From sequence record NC_061441.1: a stretch of 64,000 bases of DNA; one strand, written 5' to 3'. This document shows, in pieces, positions 9,470 to 18,362 of the stretch. The position numbers and the translations under genes are program-made. Below the pieces are notes generated by a model. The model did not search any database, was not told where the DNA came from, and was given only the letters and a program-made list of their open reading frames with translations. Within the stretch, counting starts at the first letter, position 1. Every line of letters begins with the position of its first letter.

Positions 9470-9517
9470 ACACACCTTGCCTCGCATACCGCGGGGCTTT
9501 TCTATTTGGAGAATGCT

Positions 9518-9778
9518 ATGTACCACTATACGCGTGAAGAACTGGAAGAAATGAACTGCATCGAACTGGACCAGCTTGCAAACGAGCGCGGTCTGCTGGA
9601 AGATAAAGACGATGACGACGATCTGGACAATGACCTGCTCATCGGCATGATTCTTGACGACCAGAACGAACAGCAACTGGCAGACGAAGAAGCCGAAGAT
9701 AAGCAACGCGCCGAAGATGATCGCGACCCACGTATTAATCGCCGTGACGGCCAAGACGGTTCAGACGACTATTGCTGA
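9518..9778 (+). CDS. Acidic protein with HeH/Rho_N-like motif
   Basis: GGAGA SD; LEEMNCIELDQLANERGL...DNDLLIGMIL. Confidence 0.75.
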   Translation: MYHYTREELEEMNCIELDQLANERGLLEDKDDDDDLDNDLLIGMILDDQNEQQLADEEAEDKQRAEDDRDPRINRRDGQDGSDDYC

Positions 9779-9835
9779 TTAAGTAAACCAAGAGGCTGCC
9801 AGCGCTGGTGGCCTCACTCACAAGAAGGAGCAATA

Positions 9836-10183
9836 ATGAAGCGCAAAGTAATATTGATAGACACGGCAGAGTTTCACAACCAACCCATCTCGTTTCCATC
9901 GATCATTGATTTTGACGGCATAGACACGGTGGTGTTTGTTGTGAAGTCAAATGGTGAGCACGGAGGCATTGATTATCTTGGTGCGTACTGTGCAACACAA
10001 ATGACAGTTGGCTATACGAAAGCGCCTATGGCGCAGACGTTGAACATCGACGAATATGGCGTTGTGCCTCTCGAAGATGATATGAAGGCCAAGCTACTCC
10101 ACACCAACCAGTACGTTGACGAAGTGCCTGAGCAACATCAAAGCATCTACAGCACGAAGACTGAAATCCTCTTCGCTGAGTAA
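9836..10183 (+). CDS. Hypothetical protein
   Basis: AGGAG SD; ORF. Confidence 0.8.
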   Translation: MKRKVILIDTAEFHNQPISFPSIIDFDGIDTVVFVVKSNGEHGGIDYLGAYCATQMTVGYTKAPMAQTLNIDEYGVVPLEDDMKAKLLHTNQYVDEVPEQHQSIYSTKTEILFAE

Positions 10184-10187
10184 CCAC

Positions 10188-10216
10188 AAGGGCTGCCATT
10201 ATTGGTGGCCCTTTTT
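10188..10216 (+). terminator. Intrinsic terminator
   Basis: AAGGGCTGCCA/TGGTGGCCCTT followed by TTT. Confidence 0.8.
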
Positions 10217-10260
10217 CATTTCTGTAAATACCTCGTACATTCACTGATGCGAGAAACACA

Positions 10261-10632
10261 ATGCGCCGCTTTCTGACAGTCTTCAATGTCACTCAACAGG
10301 AGTTTGACGAACTACGCTTCTACCGCCACAAGCTCAACATCGTAACCACTTTGCGCCGCACTCACGGCATACTGCTGGTGGTACGTGAGACAGGCCGTGT
10401 GTTCAATGCCTCAACCGCCCTGTATCAACAAGCCGAAGAATACGACTTGCGCCGCGTAGACTTCACTGGTCCTGTCGAAGTGACCAAAGAGTTAGGCGAA
10501 CGCTTCTCTGAACTCAAGCAGGCAATCGCAAACAACCGGCAGGATAAAAGCATCAACTACTTTGGCCGCACTCTCTCGCTCGACGAAACTCAAGAGCGAT
10601 TGTACGCCACTAAACTGGAGATACTCGTATGA
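10261..10632 (+). CDS. Hypothetical protein
   Basis: ORF downstream of a TCTGTAAATA motif. Confidence 0.75.
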   Translation: MRRFLTVFNVTQQEFDELRFYRHKLNIVTTLRRTHGILLVVRETGRVFNASTALYQQAEEYDLRRVDFTGPVEVTKELGERFSELKQAIANNRQDKSINYFGRTLSLDETQERLYATKLEILV

Positions 10633-10871
10633 CAACAATCGGTGCCTCGCTTGGTGCTCGCTTCGCTGCCACATCTTCGGAGCGTTGTTCTTCCCGCAAG
10701 AAAGCCAAGCCGCGCAACAAGACGCTGACTGCCGCAACAACTGCCGACATTCATAGCGCTGTCGAACGCCTGGCAATCAAGCTGGACACAACACGCTCGA
10801 ACGTAATCGAGATCGCACTCAAAGAACTGTGCGCGAAACATGGCATAGCGATAGGCGATACCGATGAGTAA
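10629..10871 (+). CDS. Ribbon-helix-helix (CopG-like) DNA-binding protein
   Basis: TADIHSAVERLAIKLDTTRSNVIEIALKELC fits the RHH helix A-turn-helix B pattern; ATGA overlap with the previous gene. Confidence 0.6.
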   Translation: MTTIGASLGARFAATSSERCSSRKKAKPRNKTLTAATTADIHSAVERLAIKLDTTRSNVIEIALKELCAKHGIAIGDTDE

Positions 10872-11211
10872 CTTTATCTACTGTAGGCTGTACGGCGTTC
10901 AACATCGCCTGAATGTAGAAGGCATCGACTTCTCACAACAGACCGTATCGTATATGGTATCTGCCTCTGATGTGCTGCGCATGATGCCGCGCATTCAGGT
11001 AGGTGCGGCCTATGACACGTACACGCCATACAATGTGCTTAAGGCAGGACGTGCTGACTTCAAGATCAAAAAGATTGAGAAGATAAGCGCCGACGAGTGG
11101 CGCTATTCGTTTGTTGATTATGCTGATAGACCGTTCAACACAATTCTTAAACGGAGGTCGTATGTCGATAGGACTAGTGAAAGTCGTCGGCTTAAAAGAC
11201 AAAGCGCCTAA
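10864..11211 (+). CDS. Hypothetical protein
   Basis: ORF translationally coupled to 10629..10871. Confidence 0.7.
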   Translation: MSNFIYCRLYGVQHRLNVEGIDFSQQTVSYMVSASDVLRMMPRIQVGAAYDTYTPYNVLKAGRADFKIKKIEKISADEWRYSFVDYADRPFNTILKRRSYVDRTSESRRLKRQSA

Positions 11212-11794
11212 GGGATTTGATTTAGATATCTGCCCTGTGTCGCGTGATGACGATTGGTGGTCATTGAGTCCATTCTACCTAGGGCCTTGTCGTACACCGA
11301 GCGGCATTATGTTCCACAACATGGAGAACATGTGGCAGTATAGCAAGGTGTACGAAGAACACCTAGTCAACTCGAATGATTTGTTTCATGGTGAAGTATC
11401 TGCCGAGTGGTGGGAATGGCATTTGAAAGGCAGTACAACCGAACAGGCGCATCGCTATCCAGCGGGGAAGGGTCGAAAGGCCCTGTTCTCGAAATGGGGC
11501 GACTTGCGCCTTTCGTACATTCCCGCACGAAAACAAATCTACGTGCCCGAATATGCGAAGCTGGTAATCCACAAGCCGAAGTTTAAACGCCTGCTTAAGG
11601 ATTATAAGAAAGGTGCCAAGATAGTCCTCAGAGATTATGACACCTACGATATTCAAAAGGCCTATCCAGATTCTCGTAGTCCGTGGCTGTCGGCCATTCA
11701 AAACGAGAACGCAAAATTCGGCCATGCGTTTGTCATTGCATTGGCCTTGATGTTCCACGAACGACCACTATGGTACAATCAATGGGTAATCTGA
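11162..11794 (+). CDS. NADAR-superfamily-like (DUF6939-like) protein
   Basis: GGAGG SD before ATG 11162; LSPF...NMENMWQYSKVY...RYP...ARKQIYVPEY...LRDYD...GHA pattern. Confidence 0.5.
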   Translation: MSIGLVKVVGLKDKAPKGFDLDICPVSRDDDWWSLSPFYLGPCRTPSGIMFHNMENMWQYSKVYEEHLVNSNDLFHGEVSAEWWEWHLKGSTTEQAHRYPAGKGRKALFSKWGDLRLSYIPARKQIYVPEYAKLVIHKPKFKRLLKDYKKGAKIVLRDYDTYDIQKAYPDSRSPWLSAIQNENAKFGHAFVIALALMFHERPLWYNQWVI

Positions 11795-11838
11795 CCAGAT
11801 ACGTAGCCTGCATTGAGTTGTCTACGCGCGAAGGAAAT

Positions 11839-12102
11839 ATGAATCTGCCGATTCTACCTCGCTGTGAACTACAAGCATTTGTTCTTGACGGACACACGCA
11901 AACTAAAGTGCCTATCAAACTTAATGTCACAAACGTCATCAATGTGATGGGCAAAACGTGTGGTAGTCTGCAATGGTTTGATTGTGTGAATCTGCTCATA
12001 TGGTCATCGTTTGAGCCAGGCAGGTTCACGCTGTATATTGAACGTGCTTGCAAAACAGACGAGACTACAGACGACCAGCAATCTGCTGAACTCTGCAAAT
12101 AA
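11839..12102 (+). CDS. Hypothetical protein
   Basis: AAGGA SD; the C-terminus AELCK* is encoded by promoter cassette 3. Confidence 0.55.
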   Translation: MNLPILPRCELQAFVLDGHTQTKVPIKLNVTNVINVMGKTCGSLQWFDCVNLLIWSSFEPGRFTLYIERACKTDETTDDQQSAELCK

Positions 12103-12148
12103 TAGGCTGAAATAGCCATTCAGTCAGATACGCTTCCTATGCTATACT
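12088..12148 (+). promoter_or_regulatory. Promoter cassette copy 3
   Basis: GAACTCTGCAAATAATAGGCTGAAATAG; TG-C-TATACT at 12140-12148. Confidence 0.85.
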
Positions 12149-12193
12149 ATACGTGAGCGCAGTGCTCATAAAACTAACGCTGAGGAGCGTATC

Positions 12194-12643
12194 ATGACTA
12201 CTTTATCTATCGTTGATTTGAAGACCCCTGCGGAATTTACTACCCACCTGACTTTCGGTCACATGGAAGAACTGCGAGCCAGCCTTGAGCGCGCCTTGAA
12301 TCGTTCTGATCTCGAGGTGTATGTTGAATGCGATTCGAACTACACACTCGAAGAAGCAAACACCGACGGCCCTGACCAGCTGGTGGGCGATCATGAATGT
12401 ATTAACGTTCACGTTCGTTATGCGGGAATGTCGTTCGATGAAGCGACGGCGAAAGGCGTGTGGGATATTTTACTGCAAACCCCGCACGAAGATAATAGCA
12501 TGTCCGAGTGGTCTAACTCATACATCATGTATGTGGCCGATGAAAACCTCGACGCGCTGGAAGAAGTGACGATAGAAAACGGGAATCCTCGTATGATGGA
12601 AACTCTCGTTGATCGTATTAACTACTGGCTGCCAAAACTCTAA
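12194..12643 (+). CDS. Acidic hypothetical protein
   Basis: GAGGAG SD. Confidence 0.85.
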   Translation: MTTLSIVDLKTPAEFTTHLTFGHMEELRASLERALNRSDLEVYVECDSNYTLEEANTDGPDQLVGDHECINVHVRYAGMSFDEATAKGVWDILLQTPHEDNSMSEWSNSYIMYVADENLDALEEVTIENGNPRMMETLVDRINYWLPKL

Positions 12644-12709
12644 GCGATTTGTGAAGGGCATTTGCGAGTGCCCTTTGAAAATCAAACACCATAAGCTGAG
12701 GAGCTTAAC

Positions 12710-13027
12710 ATGTCATCTTCTACTACTCTGACTTTCATCTTCCCAGAAATGACCACTCTGGAAGTATCTATCGGTAATGGCATTGTGCCTGCGTATCTGG
12801 GTCTCGCAGAAAATAGAGACATAACATTCAGCGACGTTAAGGCGCTGCGTCTGATGGGTGACTCAAACATCGTGGGTGCCATGTCACGCTTCGACCAGTC
12901 GATGTTGAATCTGCTGATCGACCGTCACATGTCACATGAGAATGTTCGCTGCCGTGACGCCATCGACGCGGGCACCGAGCACTTCCCGTCTACTTGTCTT
13001 TATCTGAAAGTAGCGCACCACCGCTAA
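12710..13027 (+). CDS. Hypothetical protein
   Basis: GAGGAG SD. Confidence 0.8.
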   Translation: MSSSTTLTFIFPEMTTLEVSIGNGIVPAYLGLAENRDITFSDVKALRLMGDSNIVGAMSRFDQSMLNLLIDRHMSHENVRCRDAIDAGTEHFPSTCLYLKVAHHR

Positions 13028-13092
13028 GATTTGTGAAGGGCATTCCAACGAGTGCCCTTTGAAAATCACAACCTGTTCTGAGGAGAACAACA

Positions 13093-13446
13093 ATGCCAGC
13101 AACTGAACTGCCTATCGACGCTCGCGCTTTTGACGACCTGAGCAATAACAACTTCCTGCAAGTGTGCAACGCGATCTCTTTCTGCGTGTCTCGCGGTGAC
13201 CTTGAGTTTCGTCATCATATCAAAGGTCGCCACATCGACGTTGCGTATCGCGCTGGTGGTAACAACGTTTTTGGTATCAGCACCGTTCGCATCCTGATGC
13301 CGTCCGAAGTCCTGCGTGAAGATATCGTAGAAGACTTCGAGATCATTCACGGCGATGCAGTCATTCAGATTGAACGCCAGAAAGATTCGTTCTCGACGTT
13401 GCAACGTATCGCAGGTGCAGTCGAAGCGTGTATGCCTAAACGGTGA
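13093..13446 (+). CDS. Hypothetical protein
   Basis: GAGGAG SD. Confidence 0.8.
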   Translation: MPATELPIDARAFDDLSNNNFLQVCNAISFCVSRGDLEFRHHIKGRHIDVAYRAGGNNVFGISTVRILMPSEVLREDIVEDFEIIHGDAVIQIERQKDSFSTLQRIAGAVEACMPKR

Positions 13447-13511
13447 TTGTTGCTCGCAGGTTCTTACGAGAGCCTGCTGTCAACATAACCCCATAAGCTG
13501 AGGAGCTTAAC

Positions 13512-13919
13512 ATGAAACAATATCCACAACGCGGCCGTGTGTACACGCTGAAAGAAATCGAAAACGAACTGGAACTGCGTGACAGTCCGTTTCTGCGTTT
13601 CTGCCCGCAGAAAGTTCGTCTGCTGGGCGAGAAAGAAGCAGGCATTCAGGTAATCCAGCAATCGCATATCGCCAACCTGTCTGACGTTGAAGGTTGGGCA
13701 GACACCGAGTGGTCATATGTGCGCGAGACCGAAGAGTGGATTCCGCTTTTCCGTGCAGTTGACGACGCTGAGATTGAGGCGCTCTGCGTTATCGAGCCTG
13801 ACACGTCTGAGTTTCGTTCATGTGATGGTATGTTCATCTACCCGAAAGGCGCGGTGTGCAAGCAGTACACGCCTTATGACAAAAAGATTCACGGCGAACT
13901 GCTGGTGGCAGTAGAATAA
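13512..13919 (+). CDS. Hypothetical protein
   Basis: GAGGAG SD. Confidence 0.8.
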   Translation: MKQYPQRGRVYTLKEIENELELRDSPFLRFCPQKVRLLGEKEAGIQVIQQSHIANLSDVEGWADTEWSYVRETEEWIPLFRAVDDAEIEALCVIEPDTSEFRSCDGMFIYPKGAVCKQYTPYDKKIHGELLVAVE

Positions 13920-13978
13920 CAAAAACAGGGACGCTCACGAAGGTGTGCGCGTCCCATTTCTCATTTAAGGACAAATCT

Positions 13979-14488
13979 ATGATTCCCGAAATCACCCACA
14001 TCTTCAACGTAATGATGACCAGCCTGAAAGACGTTCGCAGTGTTGAGCGTCTGCATCTCATTAACAAGAGTGCCGTGCGCTTTCATCTCAAAGGCAAACA
14101 TTTCGACGTGCGTGGTCAGTACCCGCTGTTCTCTGTCCACGAAATCGAAGGCTCCACTATGGCTTACTCACGGGCAGCCAAAGAGATTGAATCCCAACTC
14201 AATGGTGAACCTATCGAAGAAGTCGAAGATAACACGCATGACGCAGCACTGGACGATGTGCTGATCGCTCATGTTGACAACATGGCCGAAGATCGTGTTC
14301 GCGCATACAACGAAGAATGCGGCGGCCCTGACTTAGACCCAATCAATATGCAGCGCACTTGGCTAAAGACCCACTTCCTGCATATAGGCCACAACACGCC
14401 TGACCTGTTAGAGACTGTGCTCTACATGGAAGGGAAAGAACGGAGAGAAGAACTGGCGAAAGCCATTAAGGGGGTATTATGTTTTTAG
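13979..14488 (+). CDS. Hypothetical protein
   Basis: AAGGA SD after a GGGACGC/GCGTCCC hairpin. Confidence 0.75.
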   Translation: MIPEITHIFNVMMTSLKDVRSVERLHLINKSAVRFHLKGKHFDVRGQYPLFSVHEIEGSTMAYSRAAKEIESQLNGEPIEEVEDNTHDAALDDVLIAHVDNMAEDRVRAYNEECGGPDLDPINMQRTWLKTHFLHIGHNTPDLLETVLYMEGKERREELAKAIKGVLCF

Positions 14489-14760
14489 CGTGGTTTAAAT
14501 ATCGGCGCGCCAAGAAACGTAACGAGTTCATGGCAGAAGTCGTATCTGCAATAGCAAAACTGAATCAGCGTGATCGCGACCTGTTGTGTCGTGCAATCAG
14601 TTTGCCTGCAACTGCTGACGGTCTGTTTGCGTTAACTAACATGCCGCGTAAAGAGCTGGCTGCACAATGCAATCAGTATTACGCCCATGTGTCGGGCAAT
14701 AAATGGAACGTGTACGATGCGTTCTGCAAAGTCATTCATACCGCAAGAAAAGGAAAGTAA
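14479..14760 (+). CDS. Hypothetical protein
   Basis: GGGG SD; overlaps the previous stop. Confidence 0.7.
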   Translation: MFLAWFKYRRAKKRNEFMAEVVSAIAKLNQRDRDLLCRAISLPATADGLFALTNMPRKELAAQCNQYYAHVSGNKWNVYDAFCKVIHTARKGK

Positions 14761-14762
14761 CC

Positions 14763-15203
14763 ATGAACGAAATAGATATTCTGATCCGTGAGTTCTCTCG
14801 GGCGTATCTGAAAGCAGAAGCATCACCTTTCGGTAACGTCGCATATCACGTACAAGACCAAACAGACGGCCTGAAAAACATTGCACTCTATCTGCGTTTT
14901 CGTTCTGGTCCGCAAGCTCTTTGGCAGCGACCGTGTTTGGTGCTCGCCACAATTGATGTTCGTGACTCGGGTAAAGGTACATTCAGTGAGTTGCTTCGTC
15001 GCACAAAAGACCTGTGCCGCGAACGTGACTGGATTCTTCAAATTGAAAACGTCCTGACACCGCAGTTCAGGAAGTTCTTGCAGCGTGGTGGCTTCAAGCC
15101 GTTCGGTGTAGACAAAGACGTACCGTTCGGCAGTCTCTATTGGTTCTACGACGAGACAATCCCTCAGCAATGTGCGATGTACCCAGAGAGGGCACACCCA
15201 TGA
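14763..15203 (+). CDS. GNAT-like acetyltransferase
   Basis: LVLATIDVRDSGKGTFSELL (motif A-like)...LQIENVLTPQFRKFLQRGGF (motif B-like). Confidence 0.5.
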   Translation: MNEIDILIREFSRAYLKAEASPFGNVAYHVQDQTDGLKNIALYLRFRSGPQALWQRPCLVLATIDVRDSGKGTFSELLRRTKDLCRERDWILQIENVLTPQFRKFLQRGGFKPFGVDKDVPFGSLYWFYDETIPQQCAMYPERAHP

Positions 15204-15640
15204 TTAACTGGCCTGTAGTTCTCTGTGGATTCTTTCCACTGATCGCTTGCTATATAACAATTCCGTGGTTCCGTGCTGCTGTTAACCGTAGACTGACGTT
15301 CAAGCCGTTCGACTATGATGCGCTTGACGAGATACTGACTGACGGCATGCCTGAGAAGTTGACGATCTCCTGTCTACAGGCTACGTACCGCGTCAACTCA
15401 CCTGCGCATTCGCATATTGATATTTACGCACACAAGGACAATGTTGCTGTTGTTCGAATGTTGGTGGACCCTAACTTCCCGATAGCACGTTGTTTCCATG
15501 ACGTGTTGAACGCGAACATAAACGCATTCGCTGTGAAGTCACATAGACCACCGACACTCATAATCAATCAGTGTCTCTATCCTGTTGTTGAGTATGAGTA
15601 CGACGATACGTACCTGTTGATTTACCTTAAACATAAGTAA
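15200..15640 (+). CDS. Hypothetical protein with N-terminal membrane anchor
   Basis: GAGAGGG SD; hydrophobic WPVVLCGFFPLIACYITIPWF. Confidence 0.7.
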   Translation: MINWPVVLCGFFPLIACYITIPWFRAAVNRRLTFKPFDYDALDEILTDGMPEKLTISCLQATYRVNSPAHSHIDIYAHKDNVAVVRMLVDPNFPIARCFHDVLNANINAFAVKSHRPPTLIINQCLYPVVEYEYDDTYLLIYLKHK

Positions 15641-15649
15641 GGGACTATC

Positions 15650-15949
15650 ATGGTCACCCAACAACAACTATCAGAGTTTGCGCGACTGCCTACACTGCAC
15701 CGTAAAGTGATACTTCGCAGTATGCAGGTTGAGATGTTGGGTGCCTTGCCTGAGCTTACTGACATTGTGCGTGAAATGCTTTATCGTGCAATTGTCGTGG
15801 ATGTGGCTCAAGCAGAAATGGCACTCCTTGCTGCCCGTCAAATGTGTGACAACAAAGACGTCCGTAGAAGTATTGACGATCTGCTGCAATTCGTTGCTCG
15901 TCTTCATGACGTTGCAACTGATAACTTTCTTTCTGGAGATTTACTATGA
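15650..15949 (+). CDS. Hypothetical protein
   Basis: AAGGG SD. Confidence 0.75.
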   Translation: MVTQQQLSEFARLPTLHRKVILRSMQVEMLGALPELTDIVREMLYRAIVVDVAQAEMALLAARQMCDNKDVRRSIDDLLQFVARLHDVATDNFLSGDLL

Positions 15950-17010
15950 ATAAGACCGTTGGCCTGATGATTGATGAAGACGTAATGAACTGGCTGGACA
16001 TGCTGCTTGCGGGCGAACTGAGCAACGTCTTAGGTGCGTTGAACAATATCGTGTATGCCCGCCGTCAGGAGCTGTCTGTTGAACGTCTGACCGAAGACGA
16101 AGACATTGGTGCGCTCTCTCATAAAGAGCTGGAGATCATTCTGCGCTACGCCGCTCCTAATCATGAGTACGATACGACGGTGCTGTCGAACGAACAACTG
16201 CTTCGTCTGGCGATGGATGCACAAGGGATCATCTCGTACACACTGCCATGCCATTGCTCTCCTATCATGGTTAAACGTGCTTTCGCTAACGGCAACGTGT
16301 GCTCACTGCTTGGCAGTTTTTCGAATCGTGCTGATATCGTCATGGCTGTACATCACTGGGAATGTGGTCTGTCCAACATCTCGCTCGACGGTGTGACTGG
16401 TAACGACGAACGCCCAGACGAACAAGGCATGTACCTGTGCTACGATGAGCACAAGCAAGTTCGTTATGGCCGACTGTTCAAGAACGCCAACGACGGCTGG
16501 ACATTCAGCGAGTATTATTCTGCTGGTGGATCTACTACGTGGCTTGAAGCGAGTCCAAACAATGCGCTTGATGGTGACGACCTGCCGATCAGCCTGCTGA
16601 CTAACTGGGTATTCGTTGTTCCAGATCGTTCGCCGTCTATTCTCAAACCTGCTGAGGGATTCAAGCGTCTGTCCGACACACAACGCATCTTCCTGTATCT
16701 GCGTAGCCTGAGTCCTCACGTTAAAGCTGAGATCGTCGCACACTTCGACGGCGTTCTGGACAATCGATCATTCACCTCTGTCGATCAGATTGGTCGCCTG
16801 ACTGAAAAAGACTGGCGCGATGCTGCGATTGCTATCGGTGAAGAAGAAAGTGGCCAAGAAGGTCCTCACTACTGGGATGATCGTAGTGCGTGGGCTTGCT
16901 TCGTCGCTGTGCTCAACTCTCTGTGCTTCGACATGGACACACGCGACTTCCAACCGCAGTATGAGTACCAGGCCAACGACGACACTATGGAAGAAGACAA
17001 CAATGGCTAA
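15946..17010 (+). CDS. Hypothetical protein with HeH-like motif
   Basis: 354-aa ORF; LSHKELEIILRYAAP...LSNEQLLRLAM. Confidence 0.85.
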   Translation: MNKTVGLMIDEDVMNWLDMLLAGELSNVLGALNNIVYARRQELSVERLTEDEDIGALSHKELEIILRYAAPNHEYDTTVLSNEQLLRLAMDAQGIISYTLPCHCSPIMVKRAFANGNVCSLLGSFSNRADIVMAVHHWECGLSNISLDGVTGNDERPDEQGMYLCYDEHKQVRYGRLFKNANDGWTFSEYYSAGGSTTWLEASPNNALDGDDLPISLLTNWVFVVPDRSPSILKPAEGFKRLSDTQRIFLYLRSLSPHVKAEIVAHFDGVLDNRSFTSVDQIGRLTEKDWRDAAIAIGEEESGQEGPHYWDDRSAWACFVAVLNSLCFDMDTRDFQPQYEYQANDDTMEEDNNG

Positions 17011-17536
17011 ATCACTCGGCGTATACATGACTTACATTCTGCGTCACAAGCCGCAGGATATCGGAATCGCAATGGACACCCAGGGTTGGGTGTCTGTTCT
17101 GGACTTCTTGCAGAAAGCAAAGTATGTCAAACAGGTCACTCTCGAAATGCTGATTGCAGAAGTTGAGGCGGACGAGAAAGGCCGTTTCGAGTTCAACTCT
17201 AACCGCTCCAAGATTCGTTGTGTGCAAGGCCATTCGGTTGAGAACGTTATTCTGCATCTTGAACCGTTCACTGACCTTGCGCCTTTGTATCACGGTACGG
17301 CAGATAAGAACGTGGCATCAATCATGCACGAAGGTATCACGAAGCGGAAACGCAAACACGTCCACATCAGCCGTGAAATAGAAACAGCCGAGAACGTTGG
17401 TCGTCGTCACGGTGCACCTGTTGTGTTTCAGATTGATACACAGGCAATGATCACTCACGGCTATAAGTTCTACCGAGCCGAGAATGGAGTCATCCTGACC
17501 GATCACGTACCGTCCAGATATATCAAGTTGGTGTGA
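17003..17536 (+). CDS. kptA: RNA 2'-phosphotransferase Tpt1/KptA
   Basis: ILRH, GWV, IRCVQGHS, LYHGT, GITKRKRKHVHIS, VGRRHG, FYRAENGVILTDHVP motifs. Confidence 0.95.
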   Translation: MAKSLGVYMTYILRHKPQDIGIAMDTQGWVSVLDFLQKAKYVKQVTLEMLIAEVEADEKGRFEFNSNRSKIRCVQGHSVENVILHLEPFTDLAPLYHGTADKNVASIMHEGITKRKRKHVHISREIETAENVGRRHGAPVVFQIDTQAMITHGYKFYRAENGVILTDHVPSRYIKLV

Positions 17537-17537
17537 T

Positions 17538-17939
17538 ATGGAAAAGACGTACATGACACATTGGGGATCGCGCTACGTGCGGTCCTCCTCCGGCAAGTGG
17601 TATTCAGTTCATGGACGTGAAGGTACTTGGGTAACTAATCGCTACGGTACCTCATTCTATCGTAGCGGTTCAGAGGTATGGCGGGACATAACTCTTGCCG
17701 ACCGAGAGTCATTAGAACGCGAATTACTCAAACGCACCCGCAATGACTTCAAGGAAAATAAGCTCAAGTATAACCACTGGGGCAAAGTGGTGTTGACCAT
17801 AGCTCGCCAGTCAGAAGATGAAAAGAATGAGCACACGGCAGAACTTGCTGTGATGCTTGAAGCGCTTAGACAGACTTTCTATGGACAGAAGGTACAGCAA
17901 CTAAGCACAATTCTGGATGAAATAGCCGTTAAAGACTAA
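17538..17939 (+). CDS. Hypothetical protein
   Basis: ORF coupled to kptA. Confidence 0.7.
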   Translation: MEKTYMTHWGSRYVRSSSGKWYSVHGREGTWVTNRYGTSFYRSGSEVWRDITLADRESLERELLKRTRNDFKENKLKYNHWGKVVLTIARQSEDEKNEHTAELAVMLEALRQTFYGQKVQQLSTILDEIAVKD

Positions 17940-17957
17940 GCTCGTTTGTGATATAAT
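17901..17957 (+). promoter_or_regulatory. Promoter cassette copy 4
   Basis: CTAAGCACAATTCTGGATGAAATAG; TG-A-TATAAT at 17949-17957; GG 37 nt upstream. Confidence 0.8.
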
Positions 17958-18000
17958 AGAGATCAACGCTAGACACTCGTTTAGCTACTTACATGAGGAT

Positions 18001-18342
18001 ATGTATATGAAAAAGTCAAAAGTTAAAGCAGAAGTTGTTGCACCTACTATCGAAGGTCGTTCATTCACGTTATATAACGCCTCGCCTGTTCCCGAATTGT
18101 CCGTAACACCGTTTGCAGGCCGTGATGCGTTTTTACCTCTACTGCGTAAAGTTCAGGATGCTGCTCAACTGGAGCGTATTCGTGGTATGTCCTGTTGTCC
18201 GTACTGCCGTGAAACAATGATGTTAGGCGAGTACACCAAAGACAACTGGCTGTGGTCATATTCATATCAGCACATGATCGAACACCACAACGTAACGCCG
18301 TCCGCAGAATTTATTGCATACGTCGAAGCCGCTTCTAAATAA
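18001..18342 (+). CDS. Small Cys/His protein (possible Zn-binding)
   Basis: RGMSCCPYC...HMIEHHNVTPSAEFI. Confidence 0.75.
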   Translation: MYMKKSKVKAEVVAPTIEGRSFTLYNASPVPELSVTPFAGRDAFLPLLRKVQDAAQLERIRGMSCCPYCRETMMLGEYTKDNWLWSYSYQHMIEHHNVTPSAEFIAYVEAASK

Positions 18343-18362
18343 TCCGAACTGCACCATAGGAC

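Larger units (their letters stand above)
12646..13514 (+). repeat. Repeated intergenic junction cassettes
   Basis: GATTTGTGAAGGGCATT...GAGTGCCCTTTGAAAATCA at 12646-12684 and 13028-13068; CCATAAGCTGAGGAGCTTAACATG identical at 12689-12712 and 13491-13514. Confidence 0.9.

Noticed and set aside
12646-13514. CRISPR-like repeat-spacer array
   Set aside because: Only two copies of each repeat, separated by whole genes of 300-800 nt; no regular spacer length and no cas genes.
16820-17002. Longer start for kptA (and similar 5' extensions at 3471, 11111, 14703, 24685, 51028)
   Set aside because: These extensions overlap upstream genes or terminators; SD-supported downstream ATGs fit better.
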